Origin: Prasinococcaceae sp. CCMP 1430
Taxonomy: Eukaryota; Plantae; Prasinodermophyta
Direction: 5' to 3'
NCBI GenBank assembly: GCA_013416795.1
Contig: RQSC01001393.1
Span: forward strand, 1 to 64,000
DNA length: 64,000 nt
This document shows positions 43,931-55,716 of this stretch, one piece after another; position 1 is the stretch's first letter; every line of letters begins with the position of its first letter. The notes under the pieces were generated by a model. That model was not told the origin of the DNA, did no database searches, and was given only the letters and a program-made list of their open reading frames with translations. The position numbers and the translations under genes are program-made.

Positions 43931-45138
43931 ATGACGGTTACGCCGCCCCCGCCGCCTGCCGCCGCGCCACCCGCCGACCCTCCCCCGCCCTCGCTCGCAG
44001 TTGCGATGGGCTCGCCATCGGCGCGCTCAGCGCGCGTGCGTGCGCTGAGCGGCTCGGCGTCGTCGGCGCGCGCCGTAGCGCCCGCAGCGGCATGGTTCAG
44101 GGTCGCCCTCGCCGTGCGTGGCAGGGCCTTCCCCAGGGTGGCGGCGCCTTGGCTCCTCGTGACGGTATTCGCCGCCGCATGGGCGGCGCTCGCGGAGCGC
44201 GGTCATGTCGGCGTGGGCGCTCTGCGCGACCTCGCGGGGCTCAAGAGCGCCTACGCGCTCGTGGCGACCACGCTCGGCTTCCTGCTCGTGTTCCGCCTCA
44301 ACCGCGCGGCGGCGCGCTACTGGGACTCGCGCGCGATGTGGGGCGCACTCATCGCGCACAGCAGGGCATTCGCTGGCTCGGCGGCCGTACAGCTTGCGCA
44401 TGCGCCGAACGAGCGGGACAACGCCGTGCGCTGGGTGGCGGCCCTTCTGGTCTCCACCCCGCACTTCCTGCGCAGGGACAAGGCCATCTGCGCGGACTCG
44501 CTGGCGGGCGTGCTCGGTGCCGCCGAGCTGCAGGCGCTGCGTGCGGCCGCGCACGCGCCGCTGTACGCGGCGCAGCGCGCGCGCGTGGCTTGCGCGCGCG
44601 CGCTGCACGTGGGGGAGTCGACGGGCGCGGGGGTTGCCGCAAGACGCGCGTATACCATGGGCGCGCTGGAGGCGAAGATCGACGCGCTCGTCGGGCAGGT
44701 TGGGGGCATGGAGCGCGTGCGTGGCACGCCGCTGCCACTCGTGTATGTTGCCCATCTGCGCGTCTTCCTCCTGGTGGGTCTGCTCAGCCTGCCGCTCCTG
44801 TTTTACGACGAATGGTGCGCACGCGCACGCGCTCGACACGCACGCACGCGTTCGCCCGCGCGCGATACACGCGCACGCGCACATTGCTGACACGCTCGCG
44901 CACGGAATGCAGGGGCTACGGTACTGTGCCAGCCGTTGCGCTCATAGCGGCGGGCTTGCTTGGCATTGATGCAGCCGCGAGCGAGTGCGAGAGTCCCTTC
45001 GACCGCCGACCAAACCATCTCCAGCAGGAATCCTTCGTGGCCGCCGCGCTCGACAACATCCTGCAGCTCGTCAGCCAGACCGAGGAGATCAAGGCGGCCG
45101 GGGGGTGCGTCGCGCTCGAAGAGCCTCGGTGTCTGTGA
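43931..45138 (+). CDS. Bestrophin-like (UPF0187/RFP-TM, VCCN/BST-related) anion channel
   Basis: LGFLLVFRLNRAAARYWDSR, MERVRGTPLPLVYVAHLRVFL, ECESPFD. Intron 44815-44912. Confidence 0.88.
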
Positions 45139-45222
45139 CGCGCGCGCTCGTGGGTGGGCGCACGTGTCTCACGCCTGTATCATAAGGCCGCTCTGTTGTA
45201 TTATGATGCGCGCGCACACAGG

Positions 45223-46210
45223 TCAGGCCGCTGCGGCCTGCTGCTGGGCGGCTTGTGCGACCTTGGCCTCGTACGCGAGGTCTTTGCGCACGCGCAAGGC
45301 GTCGAGCACCTTGCGCTTCTCCTCCCTGGCATCTACCTCAGCCTTGATACCACCTCCGCCGGCGCGCGCCTTGGCGGGTGCCTGCAGGGCTCGCTGGCGT
45401 CAGAGATGGCCATGCGAGCGCAAAGCTGTAGCCTCGGTTGCGCGTGCTCTCACGCTTACGCACACGAGGCACGCTGACGCACCTTCTCAAACCTTGCCTT
45501 CATGGCGGCTAGAGCGCTGCCCATCTCTGCTGCGACGGCGTTGGCACGCTTCTCAGCAGCCTGGACCTTCGCCTCGGCGGCCGAAAGCGACGGCACGCGC
45601 GCTTCCGGCAGCGCGAGTTCTTTGTCCTGCTCGGCGGGCCTCCGCCGCCCGCGTGGCCTGTCCTCATCGGTCGTCCCCCTCGCGCGCAGCGCCGCCGCGG
45701 CGGCAGCCCTCTCCTTGCGGTTCGCGAGCGCCGCGTCCTCCCTCTCCGCCTTGCGCGCGCGCACCATCTCAGCGACGGCCTCAGCCTTGGCATGGGCCTC
45801 GCGCTTGGCGGCCGCGCGGCGCTCGGCGATGGCATCGGCGTCGAGCGCAGCGGCCGCCCCGGGCGCGGCCGCGTTGGCGCGGTCGATTGCCGCGGCGCGC
45901 TTCTTCGCCGCCTGCGCGCGGAGGTGCGCGCGGCGGTCATCCTCGCGCTGCCTGTCATCGAGGCGGCGCTGCGCGACGCGCTCGCGCGCGGCCTCCGCCT
46001 TACGCTCCTCGGCGCGCTCCCCGTAACGCCTCCGCCAGTCCTCCCACTCGCGGCGTTCTGCGGCTGCCGCGCGGCGCCTCGCCTCCACTGCGTCCGCGCG
46101 CGTCTCGTCGGCCCTCGCGCGCGCCTCGATGGCCTTGCCCCCCGCGTGCGCTCCCGACCGCTTCGGCGGCATCTCGGCGCGGGCGGCCTCGCGCGCGCGG
46201 CGCTCGGCCT
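45223..46210 (-). CDS. Charged coiled-coil protein of unknown function; 5' end may lie in gap
   Basis: An E/R/A/K-rich helical ORF. Intron 45482-45382 (GTGCGT...CTGCAG) adds the last exon APAKAR...KDLAYEAKVAQAAQQQAAAA*. Confidence 0.6.
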
Positions 46211-47138
46211 NNNNNNNNNNNNNNNNNNNNNNNNNNNNNNNNNNNNNNNNNNNNNNNNNNNNNNNNNNNNNNNNNNNNNNNNNNNNNNNNNNNNNNNNNN
46301 NNNNNNNNNNNNNNNNNNNNNNNNNNNNNNNNNNNNNNNNNNNNNNNNNNNNNNNNNNNNNNNNNNNNNNNNNNNNNNNNNNNNNNNNNNNNNNNNNNNN
46401 NNNNNNNNNNNNNNNNNNNNNNNNNNNNNNNNNNNNNNNNNNNNNNNNNNNNNNNNNNNNNNNNNNNNNNNNNNNNNNNNNNNNNNNNNNNNNNNNNNNN
46501 NNNNNNNNNNNNNNNNNNNNNNNNNNNNNNNNNNNNNNNNNNNNNNNNNNNNNNNNNNNNNNNNNNNNNNNNNNNNNNNNNNNNNNNNNNNNNNNNNNNN
46601 NNNNNNNNNNNNNNNNNNNNNNNNNNNNNNNNNNNNNNNNNNNNNNNNNNNNNNNNNNNNNNNNNNNNNNNNNNNNNNNNNNCCCCCCCCCTTCCCCCCC
46701 CCCCTCCGCGCGAGTTGACCGTCGCGCCGCGCGGCGCGCGCTCGGGGAACCGAACCCGCTCCTGGAAGAAGGGTCTACATTCCACGCGCCCTGCAGTGAA
46801 ATGTGATACTTCAATTCGCTCGACCGCTCTGGTGGATGGGCGTGAAGGTTTGGGTTTAACCCAAACACTGTCGCTGCGTCCGCTGCCCGCCGGACGGCAT
46901 CGAATCACGTCCTCCGCGGCCCGCACGACGCCATGTTGGTGTACGGTACGTACCATCCGCCTGATGGTTAAAACGCATGCGAATTCGAGCGCCCTTTTAT
47001 GGATTTCCCGTGGGTACATTTATTAATGAAAGTGAATGAGGCATGACGCGCCCCGCTCGCTCGGCCGGATGCCTGCATTGACTGCATTGATGCCTGATGC
47101 CGGATGCGGATGCCAGCCGGACGGGCCGTTTCCGCGCG

Positions 47139-47216
47139 CGCATGCGTTTCGATGGCGGTGCGGAGACGCATGCGTTTCGATGGCGGTGTGAAAACGCATG
47201 CGTTTCGATGGGCGGT
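47139..47216 (+). repeat. Three tandem copies of a 28-bp unit containing the palindrome AAACGCATGCGTTT, upstream of the OSCA gene
   Basis: CGCATGCGTTTCGATGG(G)CGGT starts at 47139, 47167 and 47195. Confidence 0.9.
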
Positions 47217-47570
47217 TCCCCGAGGGGCGCGCGCGTTGACGGACGCTAGCCGTTTCTGCGCGCGCGCGCGCGGCGGCGGTTGTGCTCGGCGGAGCACTCG
47301 CTGCTCCCCCTCATCATCACGGCGTCGACGCTGTTGGCGTCGTTCATGTTCCCCGAGGCCGACCGGTCGATGGGGCCCGACGCGGCGCGATGCGCGGGGC
47401 CCCGGCCGATGCCGCGGCGCAGCAGGCGCGCGGGGACGCTCGGCTGCGGGCGGTGGCCGGCGGCAGCTGCTGGCCGCTGGTACAGAGGCGGCAGAGGCGA
47501 CCCATCCAGCGTGGCCGCGGCTGCTGGCGGCTGGCTGCTGCGCGCCGTTGCACGGCCCGCGTGCGCCACC

Positions 47571-50500
47571 ATGGAGCGCGCGCTGGCTGAGGCCGCCGTC
47601 GGCGCGACCGCCGGGGCGCTGCCGCTGTGCGGGGCCAGCGGCGAGTTCGGGTGCGAATGCCCAAGCTCCCTCGCCAGGGCGGACTCCGATGGCAGCAACG
47701 CGCCCTTTCTCGAGGACACGGCCATGACATTCACGGATCTCAACTGGCGCCTGGCGCTGCTGGCACTTTTCTTCGTGGCGCTCGTGCTCGTGCTCTTGGC
47801 CGTCCGGTCGGTAAAGCTGCTGCGGCGCTCGTGCGACCCCTGCGTATTCATCGACGCCGAAAACAGGCTCTACCCCCCCTAGCCGCCAGTGCCGCCCGTG
47901 CACGGCCCTGTCGCATGGCTGAGCGCAGCGCTGACGAGAAAGGAGGAGATGCTGCGCACGTACTGCTCACTTGACGAGATCATGCTTATCCGCTGGTTTG
48001 AGATGTCCGCGCGCCTCTTCGGGCTCGCCGTGGCAATCGTAGGCGCGCCGCTGCTCGTCGCGTACTGGGTCGTCTCAAAAGACTCCTTGGGCGACCAACT
48101 CGACGGCCGCGTCGCGAGCCTGAGCCTGCTGTCGTGCGTGGTGGTCGCAGCCGAGAACCAGCAGAGCGCGGGCGACATCTACAATGACTGGGCGCCATGG
48201 CTCGTCTGTAGCCAGCTGTACCTCTTCTCAGGTCTGATGCTCGCCATGGTCACTCAAGAGACTCGCATGTACGCGAGGAAGCTCTGGGAACAGGATCCGA
48301 CGGTCCTGGGTGCACAGCTGCACGCGGTGCTGCTGTCGGACGTGCCCACGCTCCACGAAGAGGAGCTACGTGTGACGCTCGACCGCCACCACGATGCAGG
48401 CGCACTGGCGGCGTTGCGCCTTGCCGTGCGCACTGTGGCCACGCTGGTCGTCTTCGTATTCGTCGATGTTCTGCCCGGGTGGATAGTCGTCGACTGGGTG
48501 CGCGCACGGCGCGCCAAGCGCGAGGACCAAGCGGCGGACGCTCGTCAGTCGGTCGTGAGCTTCGATGGTGGCAAGCCCCCCCCAAGCAGCGCCTGCGACA
48601 ATTGCCTGAATTGCTGCCTTAACGCGAGCGCGGTGAGTAGCAGTGATGCCGGCGAGCAGCGCGAGAGGCATGGCGCGGGGGCCAGCCCCGGCGCGAATGG
48701 TAGCGACCGCCCTCGGAGCCCCAGCAGTGAGGACGAGATAGCCGGCGGCGCGCCGATGAGCTCATTCATGGCCTTTGAATCGCTTAAGGAGAAGCAACTG
48801 GTGCGCCTCACGCGAGCCGAGTCCAAGGATCTGGTGCGCTCAAAGCTCGAGTCCTTCTTCGGAGAAGGCGAAATATTGTACCAGGTGCGTCCCGCCAGCA
48901 AGAGTGCGCGCGAGCACGCCTCCGCGCACGCTCGTGCGCGTGAGCGGCGCTGACCACCCTCGATGGCGCGCGCGTTGCCTGCGCCTGCCCTTACCTATCA
49001 CCCCACCAACGCGCGCGCGCACGCTCCTGCAGGTGCACCCCCAAAACATGGACCGCCTGGACCGTGCGACCGCGCGCTATGAGCGCGCGCGCACTGTGCG
49101 AATGCGCTACACGCTCGCTCAGTCTCTGGTGCGCATGTACTCGCGCAAACTCGGACCCTCCGACCGCGACGGGGGGAGCGCCCAACGCGACGGGGGGAGC
49201 GCCCAACGCGCGGCTGAGGCAAAGGAGCTGGCGTGCATGCGGCGAATGTACGCCGAGAGATCGCGACTCCTGGAATCAGAGGCACCGAGCCACTCGGCGG
49301 TGGTGGTCTTTCGGCGCGCACAGAGCGCCACTCTTTGTGCGCAGGTGCAGCTGAGCAGCACGCTGCAGTTCTGGCACACGGAGCACGCGCCAGGACCACA
49401 AGACGCCGTGTGGCGAAACATGGCTCTCACGAAGGGCGCGCGTGCGTGGAAGACGCTGCGAGGACGGGTGGTGGCGATCGCCATGATCGTGTACTTCATG
49501 GTGCCCATCTCGTACCTGCGGCGGGCCGAAAAGGAGTTTGTTGACACGTTTGGCGACAAGACCGCAGGGGTGGTACAGGGAGCCTTCGTGCTGGTGCTGA
49601 CGATCATCTTTTTCATCGTGGGGCATATGCTCTCGCTGGCCCTCTCGCGTCGGATGGGGCACGTTTCCTTCTCGGAGATGGATGTCGAAGGCGCGAGCAT
49701 TTACTTCTACTTGTTGGTGGTCAATGGCGTCCTGGCCAACCTGGACGACACTAACATCTGGGAGGACCTGGGAGAATACTCGTTGGACATGGAAGAAGCG
49801 GGGCGCGAGCTCGCGCGACGCTTCGCGGCGGCATCGCCCTTCTTTCTGGCGTTTGTGCTGCTGCGTACGGCGCAGAGCGTGCCGCTCGAGCTCATCCATC
49901 CGCCCTTCCACCTGGGCTTCGTTTCCAAGTGGGTCGCGCACAAAGTGAAAGGCACCACGGGCTTGTCAGAGAAGCAGCTGCGCGAATGGACGCTGCCCGA
50001 GGCCACGCCCATACACCGTGTGCCCGCGCAAGCCATGCTGATCTTCTTTCTGGGTACCGTATACGCAGTGGTCTCGCCGCTGCTGCTGATAGTCTGCATG
50101 ATATTCTTCGCGTGCTTCACCGTGGTGTGGCGGCACAACGTCGTGTACCACTACCGCCAGAGATACGTTGCTGGCGGCAACCTGTGGCCATGGCTGGTGA
50201 AGAACATGACGCTCAGTCTAGTTTTCGCACAGGTGGTCTGCATTTTCTCGACGGGGAGCTGGGGCGGTGGCGCGCAGCGGCTGGCACTTGTCCCGCTGCC
50301 TCTGCTGACTATTTGGGTGTACGTCGTCGGGCTCCTGCCGGCGCTTTCCAAGGCAAGTGTGCGGCCACTGGACACGACTCTTGACAAGGAGAGAGCGAAG
50401 AAAATGTTGGAGCTGGAGGAGGAGGTCAACAGAAGCCGCTGGTATGATTACTGCCCGCACAACTTGAAGCCGACTCCGACCGAGCTTTCCGCTGCCTCCA

Positions 50501-50871
50501 TAGTGAGGCGGTGGTGGAGGAGGTATGCCAAGCTGGTGCGGCACGGCGCGTGGAAGATGAAGCGCACGAGCTCCAAGATCAGCAGCACGTTGCAGACGAT
50601 GGGCTTCATTTCAAAGTCGGGGAAGCTAAGTTTTGCGCACTCGGAGGGGCGCATCGACGAAGGCGCAGAGGCAGAGGAGAACGCGACGTACGGACCATCG
50701 CAGCAAACTCCGAGCGAGGCGAGCGACAACAGCGATCTGGCGACCGCCACGACCGGCGCGGAACCCGGGGACGCCACCTCGGCGCCAGTTTCGCCACCGC
50801 CGGTGGCGCCGCCGCCGTCTACTTCTCCGATGTCCGGGTTCGACCTCCATCGAGACGCGACATTGCTATGA
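47571..50871 (+). CDS. OSCA/TMEM63 (CSC1/ERD4) mechanosensitive cation channel, with an in-frame TAG at 47880-47882
   Basis: GCCACCATGG start, TM0, GPVAW...CSLDEIMLIRWF, VVFRRAQSATLCAQ, APGPQDAVWRN, multiple TMs, YAVVSPLLL, NVVYHY..RY..GG.LWP. Intron 48885-49032. Confidence 0.85.
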
Positions 50872-51504
50872 GGCGTGCTTGCGCGTGGCGAGGTCGACCG
50901 AGGTTGGCACCTGCCACAGGGGAGATGAGGTCACGATAGCCAGCAGGCGGCAAACTGTCTGTATTCCTACAACTGTAAGCACGCATTCGAAGCGGCGTGG
51001 CCGCCGCGCGCGCTGCAGAGCTGCATCCTCCAGCGCCCGCGCGCGCAGCAGACGCCCTGCCAAGGGCGGCCCCGCGACGAGCTCGGCGGTGCGGGCGGAG
51101 GCGCCCATTGGTGGAACTACCGCAGAGACCGCACACGACCGAGCGCCCAGAGACCTCTCGTCACCTCCTGATTTCGAGTCTCAAACAACCGATTTTGGGT
51201 TTTGAGATGGTAGGGTTTATCGGCGCCCCAAATCATTTGAACCGCGCCGGCGGTCAACGCGAGGCGCTCGGGGAACCAACCCTGGGGAGGGGGGGCGGGC
51301 GCGGGTGGGGGCCGCTCGCGCGCAGGCCCCTCGAGGGAGGGGCGGAAAAGAGGGAGGGCGGTGGGCGCGGGAGTGGGGCCGGGCACGGCCTGCGCGCGCG
51401 CGCGAGCCACACAGCCCGCGCGCGACCGCCCCGCCCGCCCCGCCCGCCCCTCCCACGCCCTGCGCCGGCCTACCGCCCTGCAGAACCCGCCCCCACCGCT
51501 CGCA

Positions 51505-53580
51505 ATGGGCGTGGAGCTGGCCCCCCTCGTGGAGAAGCTCAATGGCATCCCGTTGTACGCCACGCCGCTGACGATGATCACCCTCAGCAACCGGTCGCCG
51601 GCCGAGCTGAAGCAGTTGACCAACGACGTGCTTGCCAAGGTGAGCGGCGAGCAGGCGGCCGATCTATCGCTCGAGGCCCCAGAGGTGACCAACGTGCGCA
51701 TGCTCGAATTTTTGCGCGTGTTGCGGTACAAACCGACGTGCAGCGGCGTGGCGTTCCGCCAGGGCGTCGCGCGCGGCGACCCGGAGGTGCTGTACCCGCT
51801 GCTCGCTTGGGCGGCGCCGCAGGTGCCCGCGCTCGCGGAGCGCGCGTACATCGCGCGGTACATGGTAGACGTCGAGGTGCCGGACGATTTTGCGCACGAC
51901 CCCGAGCTGGTCGCCGTGCAGCAGGGCATTGTCACCGCGCGTCAGGAGTTCGCCGCCCTGCACAAAACGGTCAAGGGGCTCAAGGCAGACGCCGCCGGCG
52001 AGGGCTCAGCGACCGAGGTGGCGGAGCGCATCACCGCCATGGAGGAGGACCGCGAGCAGCTCACCAACAAAATCGACCGCATGAAGGTCAAGATGGAATC
52101 CATCGCCGAGCACGTCGTGCTGCGCGAGGCTGCCGCGGCGCTGCGCAAGTCGCAGGACGAGGACGCAGACCTGCGCTCCAACATCGCCGAGCATCGCGCC
52201 GCGCTTGAGCTCACCGAGGCCAAGGTGGCGCGCGGCGCGCAGCGGTTGCGCGAGCTCCGCGCGCAGGGAAGCTCGGCGGCCGCATCAGACCCCGCGGCGC
52301 TCATCACTGCGCTCCAGGATGAAGTAGTTGCCAACAAGGCCGCCGCGAACGAGCGTCTGCCGCGCGTGGTCGCCGAGTTGCGCTCCAAGGCGGGCTCGCT
52401 CGAAGAGGCGCTCTCGGGGGCGGCAGTGTCTGAGGGCGAGCTGGCCGCGCTGCAGCGGCAGCTGGTGGATGCAAATGGCCGCCTCAACGAGGGCATGGCG
52501 GCGCGCGCCGCGCGGCAGAAAGCGCCCGAGGAGGGTATGCTGCGCCAGCAGCAGAGCATGGCAAACATGGTGACCAAGAAGCGCACTGCGGTCATGCAAC
52601 GCCTGACGCGGCTCGAGGAGGAGCGTGATAAGCTGCGCGCGGAGCTGGGAGATGCGGCGGGCGAGACACAGGAGCTGTTGGCATCGGGTACAGGCGACAG
52701 CGTCACCGCGTACGTCGCGCGCGTGCGCGAGCGAATGGAGGCGTACAATGCCATGCGCGCCGAACTCGACGGCCTGCGCACCGAGCAGGGCGTGCTGGCC
52801 TTCACAGAGAGCATGGTGGGTGAGCGCGAGGAGGCAATCCGCGCCGAGGTTGCCGAAATGGAAGCTGCCGCGGGCGTGGCTGGGTTCACCGACGCCGCCA
52901 ACACGCTGCAGCAGGTCTCAGAGGCCAAGTCGGGCGTGGACGCGCAGAAGGGCGAGGCGCTCGAGGAGATCTCGCGCATCATCGGCACCATCCAGGGTGA
53001 GATCAAGGAGCAAAAGTCGCGCCTCGCGCCACGCATCAAGGAGCTGCGCGCCGTGCGCCAGCAGTACCAGGAGCTTGAGCAGGAGCACGCGCAGCGCAAG
53101 AGGCGCTACGACGAGGAGGCAGCCGTGCACGAGAACGGGCGTGCCAAGGTTGCGTCGGACGTGCACCGCCTGCGCGAGGAGGTTGGACGCGACGAGAGCC
53201 GCTACCATTACTTGGGCGCCATGTCTGCCATCCTCGACGCGGACGTGCGCCGCATGGGTGAGGAGCGCCAGCGCGGCGCGGGATCCTCGACCGCCGAGGC
53301 TCTCAAGCGCCTCGTGGCGCTGCGAAAGGAGGACGAGCGCCGCACGCAGGAAGTCTTTGTGCGCGCGCAGGCAGCAGAGGGCTCGGGCGCGGGGCAGCGT
53401 GATGTCATCGCCGGCCTCACGCGGCTGGTGATGGCGAAGCTGGAGCTGTACCAGGGTCAAGGGCCGCACACCGCCAATGGTGGCATGCACGGCGGGTACG
53501 CTGACGCGGGCGGCATTGGCGCGTCGGTGTTGGAAGACGCCGAAGTCACGCTGGGCGGCGCGGAGAGGCTCGTGCTATGA
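51505..53580 (+). CDS. IFT81: Intraflagellar transport protein 81
   Basis: N-terminal CH domain (RMLEFLRVLRYKP...GDPEVLYPLLAW...LAERAYIARYMVDVEVP) followed by long coiled coils, about 690 aa. Confidence 0.9.
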   Translation: MGVELAPLVEKLNGIPLYATPLTMITLSNRSPAELKQLTNDVLAKVSGEQAADLSLEAPEVTNVRMLEFLRVLRYKPTCSGVAFRQGVARGDPEVLYPLLAWAAPQVPALAERAYIARYMVDVEVPDDFAHDPELVAVQQGIVTARQEFAALHKTVKGLKADAAGEGSATEVAERITAMEEDREQLTNKIDRMKVKMESIAEHVVLREAAAALRKSQDEDADLRSNIAEHRAALELTEAKVARGAQRLRELRAQGSSAAASDPAALITALQDEVVANKAAANERLPRVVAELRSKAGSLEEALSGAAVSEGELAALQRQLVDANGRLNEGMAARAARQKAPEEGMLRQQQSMANMVTKKRTAVMQRLTRLEEERDKLRAELGDAAGETQELLASGTGDSVTAYVARVRERMEAYNAMRAELDGLRTEQGVLAFTESMVGEREEAIRAEVAEMEAAAGVAGFTDAANTLQQVSEAKSGVDAQKGEALEEISRIIGTIQGEIKEQKSRLAPRIKELRAVRQQYQELEQEHAQRKRRYDEEAAVHENGRAKVASDVHRLREEVGRDESRYHYLGAMSAILDADVRRMGEERQRGAGSSTAEALKRLVALRKEDERRTQEVFVRAQAAEGSGAGQRDVIAGLTRLVMAKLELYQGQGPHTANGGMHGGYADAGGIGASVLEDAEVTLGGAERLVL

Positions 53581-53736
53581 GCGGAGAGCGCCGCCGCGCC
53601 TCGCTGCTTATAAAATCGCACACATTCGCCGGTCACGGTGGCGGAGCCGTCGCCGCTAAAGCTGCTGCCGCTGGCGCGCTATCGCTTGCATGGCCGGCCA
53701 ATATAGTCGTGCGGCAGGATAACATACTCGTGCCAC

Positions 53737-54266
53737 TCAGTTGCCGAGCATGTGCGTCATGACCCAGCCGCCGATGGCGCCCTGGGCGAGAGTCGACAGG
53801 ATGAAAAAGAGCGCCACGTCCAGGCTGAAGTTGATGCTGCCTAGGTCAATGAGGATGCCGTGGCATGCTCCGGCCATCCACAGCACCAGCGACGCCTGGA
53901 GGGGACTCACAGACGGCGGGACGGACAGCAGGCGCATCGCCACAAGCGTGAGCGCGCTGTGCACGAAGGGAGCGCCCAGGAATACGTAGAGCATGCCGGG
54001 AGCCTCAACCTGCGGTGCGCGTTGGCGGAGCGTGTTAGCGACCACCCGAGGGCACGCGCGCACGCGAGTTGGAGCGACGAAGCAGCCGCGTCGTAAATAC
54101 GCGCCTTCCGAAATGTCTTGCTCGTGCGGAGTTCCTTCCATGCCCTGCCGCCAAAGGGCAGCGCCCTGAGGAGCGGCCCGAGCGCGACGCCCGCAGCAGC
54201 GTTTGCCGCGCCGCCGGCGACTGCGGCGACGGCCTCTGCGGACGTGAGAAGTGCCGGCGAGACCAT
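53737..54266 (-). CDS. Small 4-TM membrane protein, possibly DUF1761-like
   Basis: Hydrophobic exon 54266-54105 (…GPLLRALPFGGRAWKEL…) plus hydrophobic exon 54009-53737. The frames join only through a GC-AG intron (54104-54010). Confidence 0.55.
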
Positions 54267-54738
54267 GGCGATTGCGGCTCCCGGCGGAGGCACCAGCCGG
54301 CGCGGAGGCGGCCGGGGCGGCAGGGGGTGAGCGCCGGGGTCGTGCCGCCCTGCAGCACTGCAGAGCGTCTGGCGACGCCACCCCTTCCCTCCTCGCACTT
54401 GCTGCGCGCGGCCTGCTGCGCGGACGGCGCGCTGCAAGCGCGCAGACAGGGCGGGGCAGCCGGCGCCGCGAGCCTGGGCAGGGATGGGGGAGCGGGGTAG
54501 GGGACGGGCGGGGAATGGGCGAGGCGGGGAAGGGGTGGTTTGGTGGTTTGGTGGGTGGGTGGGCCAGGCGCCCGCGCTGCCCGCACACGGTGTGAGACCT
54601 GAACAGACGTTAAAATGCGCCACGCGGTGTGGCCGCAATGCAAAGCGAAAGCGGTTGTCGAACGCGCTGGTGCACGGCAATTGCAAGAGGGTAGGCGTCG
54701 AAGATCAACAAGTCTCTCGCGTCACTCAACATAGACGG

Positions 54739-55536
54739 TCAGTCGTGCCTCGTGAGCACGTCGTCGAGGCCGAGCTTCTTGGTTGGCTTCGGCGCCGGTC
54801 TTCCTGCGGGCTGACCGAACCAAATCGTGCCGACCACATACTCGTCCTCGGGCACCCCCGCCGCCTGCCGGAAGCGGGGGTCGAAGTTGACGCCGCCCGT
54901 GGTCCACTTGGTGCCGATGCCGTCGGCGTGCAGCGCAACGCACAGGTTTTGCACCGCGCAGCACACGGCGGCATAGTCCTCCCTCTCGGGCGACATTGGG
55001 GCGTCGAGCCCCTCGCCGCTCTCCTTGCAGGTGACGACCAGCCAGCCGGGCATCGCCAGCCACCGCTTGAGCTTCTTCTCTCCAGCCTCGGGACCCTTCT
55101 TGGCGCTCACGATGTCCGCGTTGAGCTCACACACGCGCCGCGCGGCCTCGGGCCCAAGCAGGTGGAAGCGCCACGGTTCCGTGCGCTTGTGGTTCGGCGC
55201 GTACAGTGCGCACTCGAGGGCCCTGGTGAGCTTGTCCTCCCACCCCTGCGGCAGCACCTCGGCGAACTCGTTGACGGTGCGCCGCCCCAGCAGCGCCTCC
55301 CACGCGCTCATGCCCGGGGCCGATCCCTCGGCATCTCCCACTACCTTTGATCCCACCGCCGCCGCTGCCGACTTGGCTCGCGGGGCAGACCGCCGGGTAG
55401 GAGGCCGCGAGGGGCCCGCGCGCGCAGCGCGTGCAGCGGAGGCGTTTTGCGCGAGCATGGCCGCGAGGGCGAGCACCAGCGCCCCGAGCAGGCCGCTCAC
55501 GAGGTACAGGTAGGCGGCTTGGGACTCAATCCTGAC
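54739..55536 (-). CDS. Nitroreductase-family flavoprotein (YdjA-like) with an N-terminal membrane anchor; first exon unresolved
   Basis: RRTVNEF, APNHKRTEPWRF, EDYAAVCCAVQNLCVALHADGIGTKWTTG, preceded by the TM helix YLYLVSGLLGALVLALAAM. Confidence 0.85.
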   Translation of the reverse strand, partial: VRIESQAAYLYLVSGLLGALVLALAAMLAQNASAARAARAGPSRPPTRRSAPRAKSAAAAVGSKVVGDAEGSAPGMSAWEALLGRRTVNEFAEVLPQGWEDKLTRALECALYAPNHKRTEPWRFHLLGPEAARRVCELNADIVSAKKGPEAGEKKLKRWLAMPGWLVVTCKESGEGLDAPMSPEREDYAAVCCAVQNLCVALHADGIGTKWTTGGVNFDPRFRQAAGVPEDEYVVGTIWFGQPAGRPAPKPTKKLGLDDVLTRHD

Positions 55537-55716
55537 CTGCGAGGGGGCGCGGCGCCTGCGCGCGCGCTCGAGGGGGCGTGCGGCCCCGCGCAAGTGCCGC
55601 GCCCGCGCACCGCCCGCCGCTGCCGCCCCCGCAAAGGGTTTCGGGCTTGGGGGGCGGCGCCGCAGCCAACTCGCTGCCCGCCGGTCCGCCCGCGCGGCTG
55701 CGGCTTGCGAGGAAAG

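Noticed and set aside
47139-47216. 28-bp repeats as a CRISPR array
   Set aside because: Contiguous units with no unique spacers, no cas genes and a eukaryotic context
47880-47882. Genome-wide reassignment of TAG
   Set aside because: TAG serves as a normal stop elsewhere in the window (7116-7118, 36558-36560, 59559-59561)
49167-49210. 21-nt tandem duplication (RDGGSAQ twice) in OSCA
   Set aside because: In-frame micro-duplication in a variable loop; unremarkable
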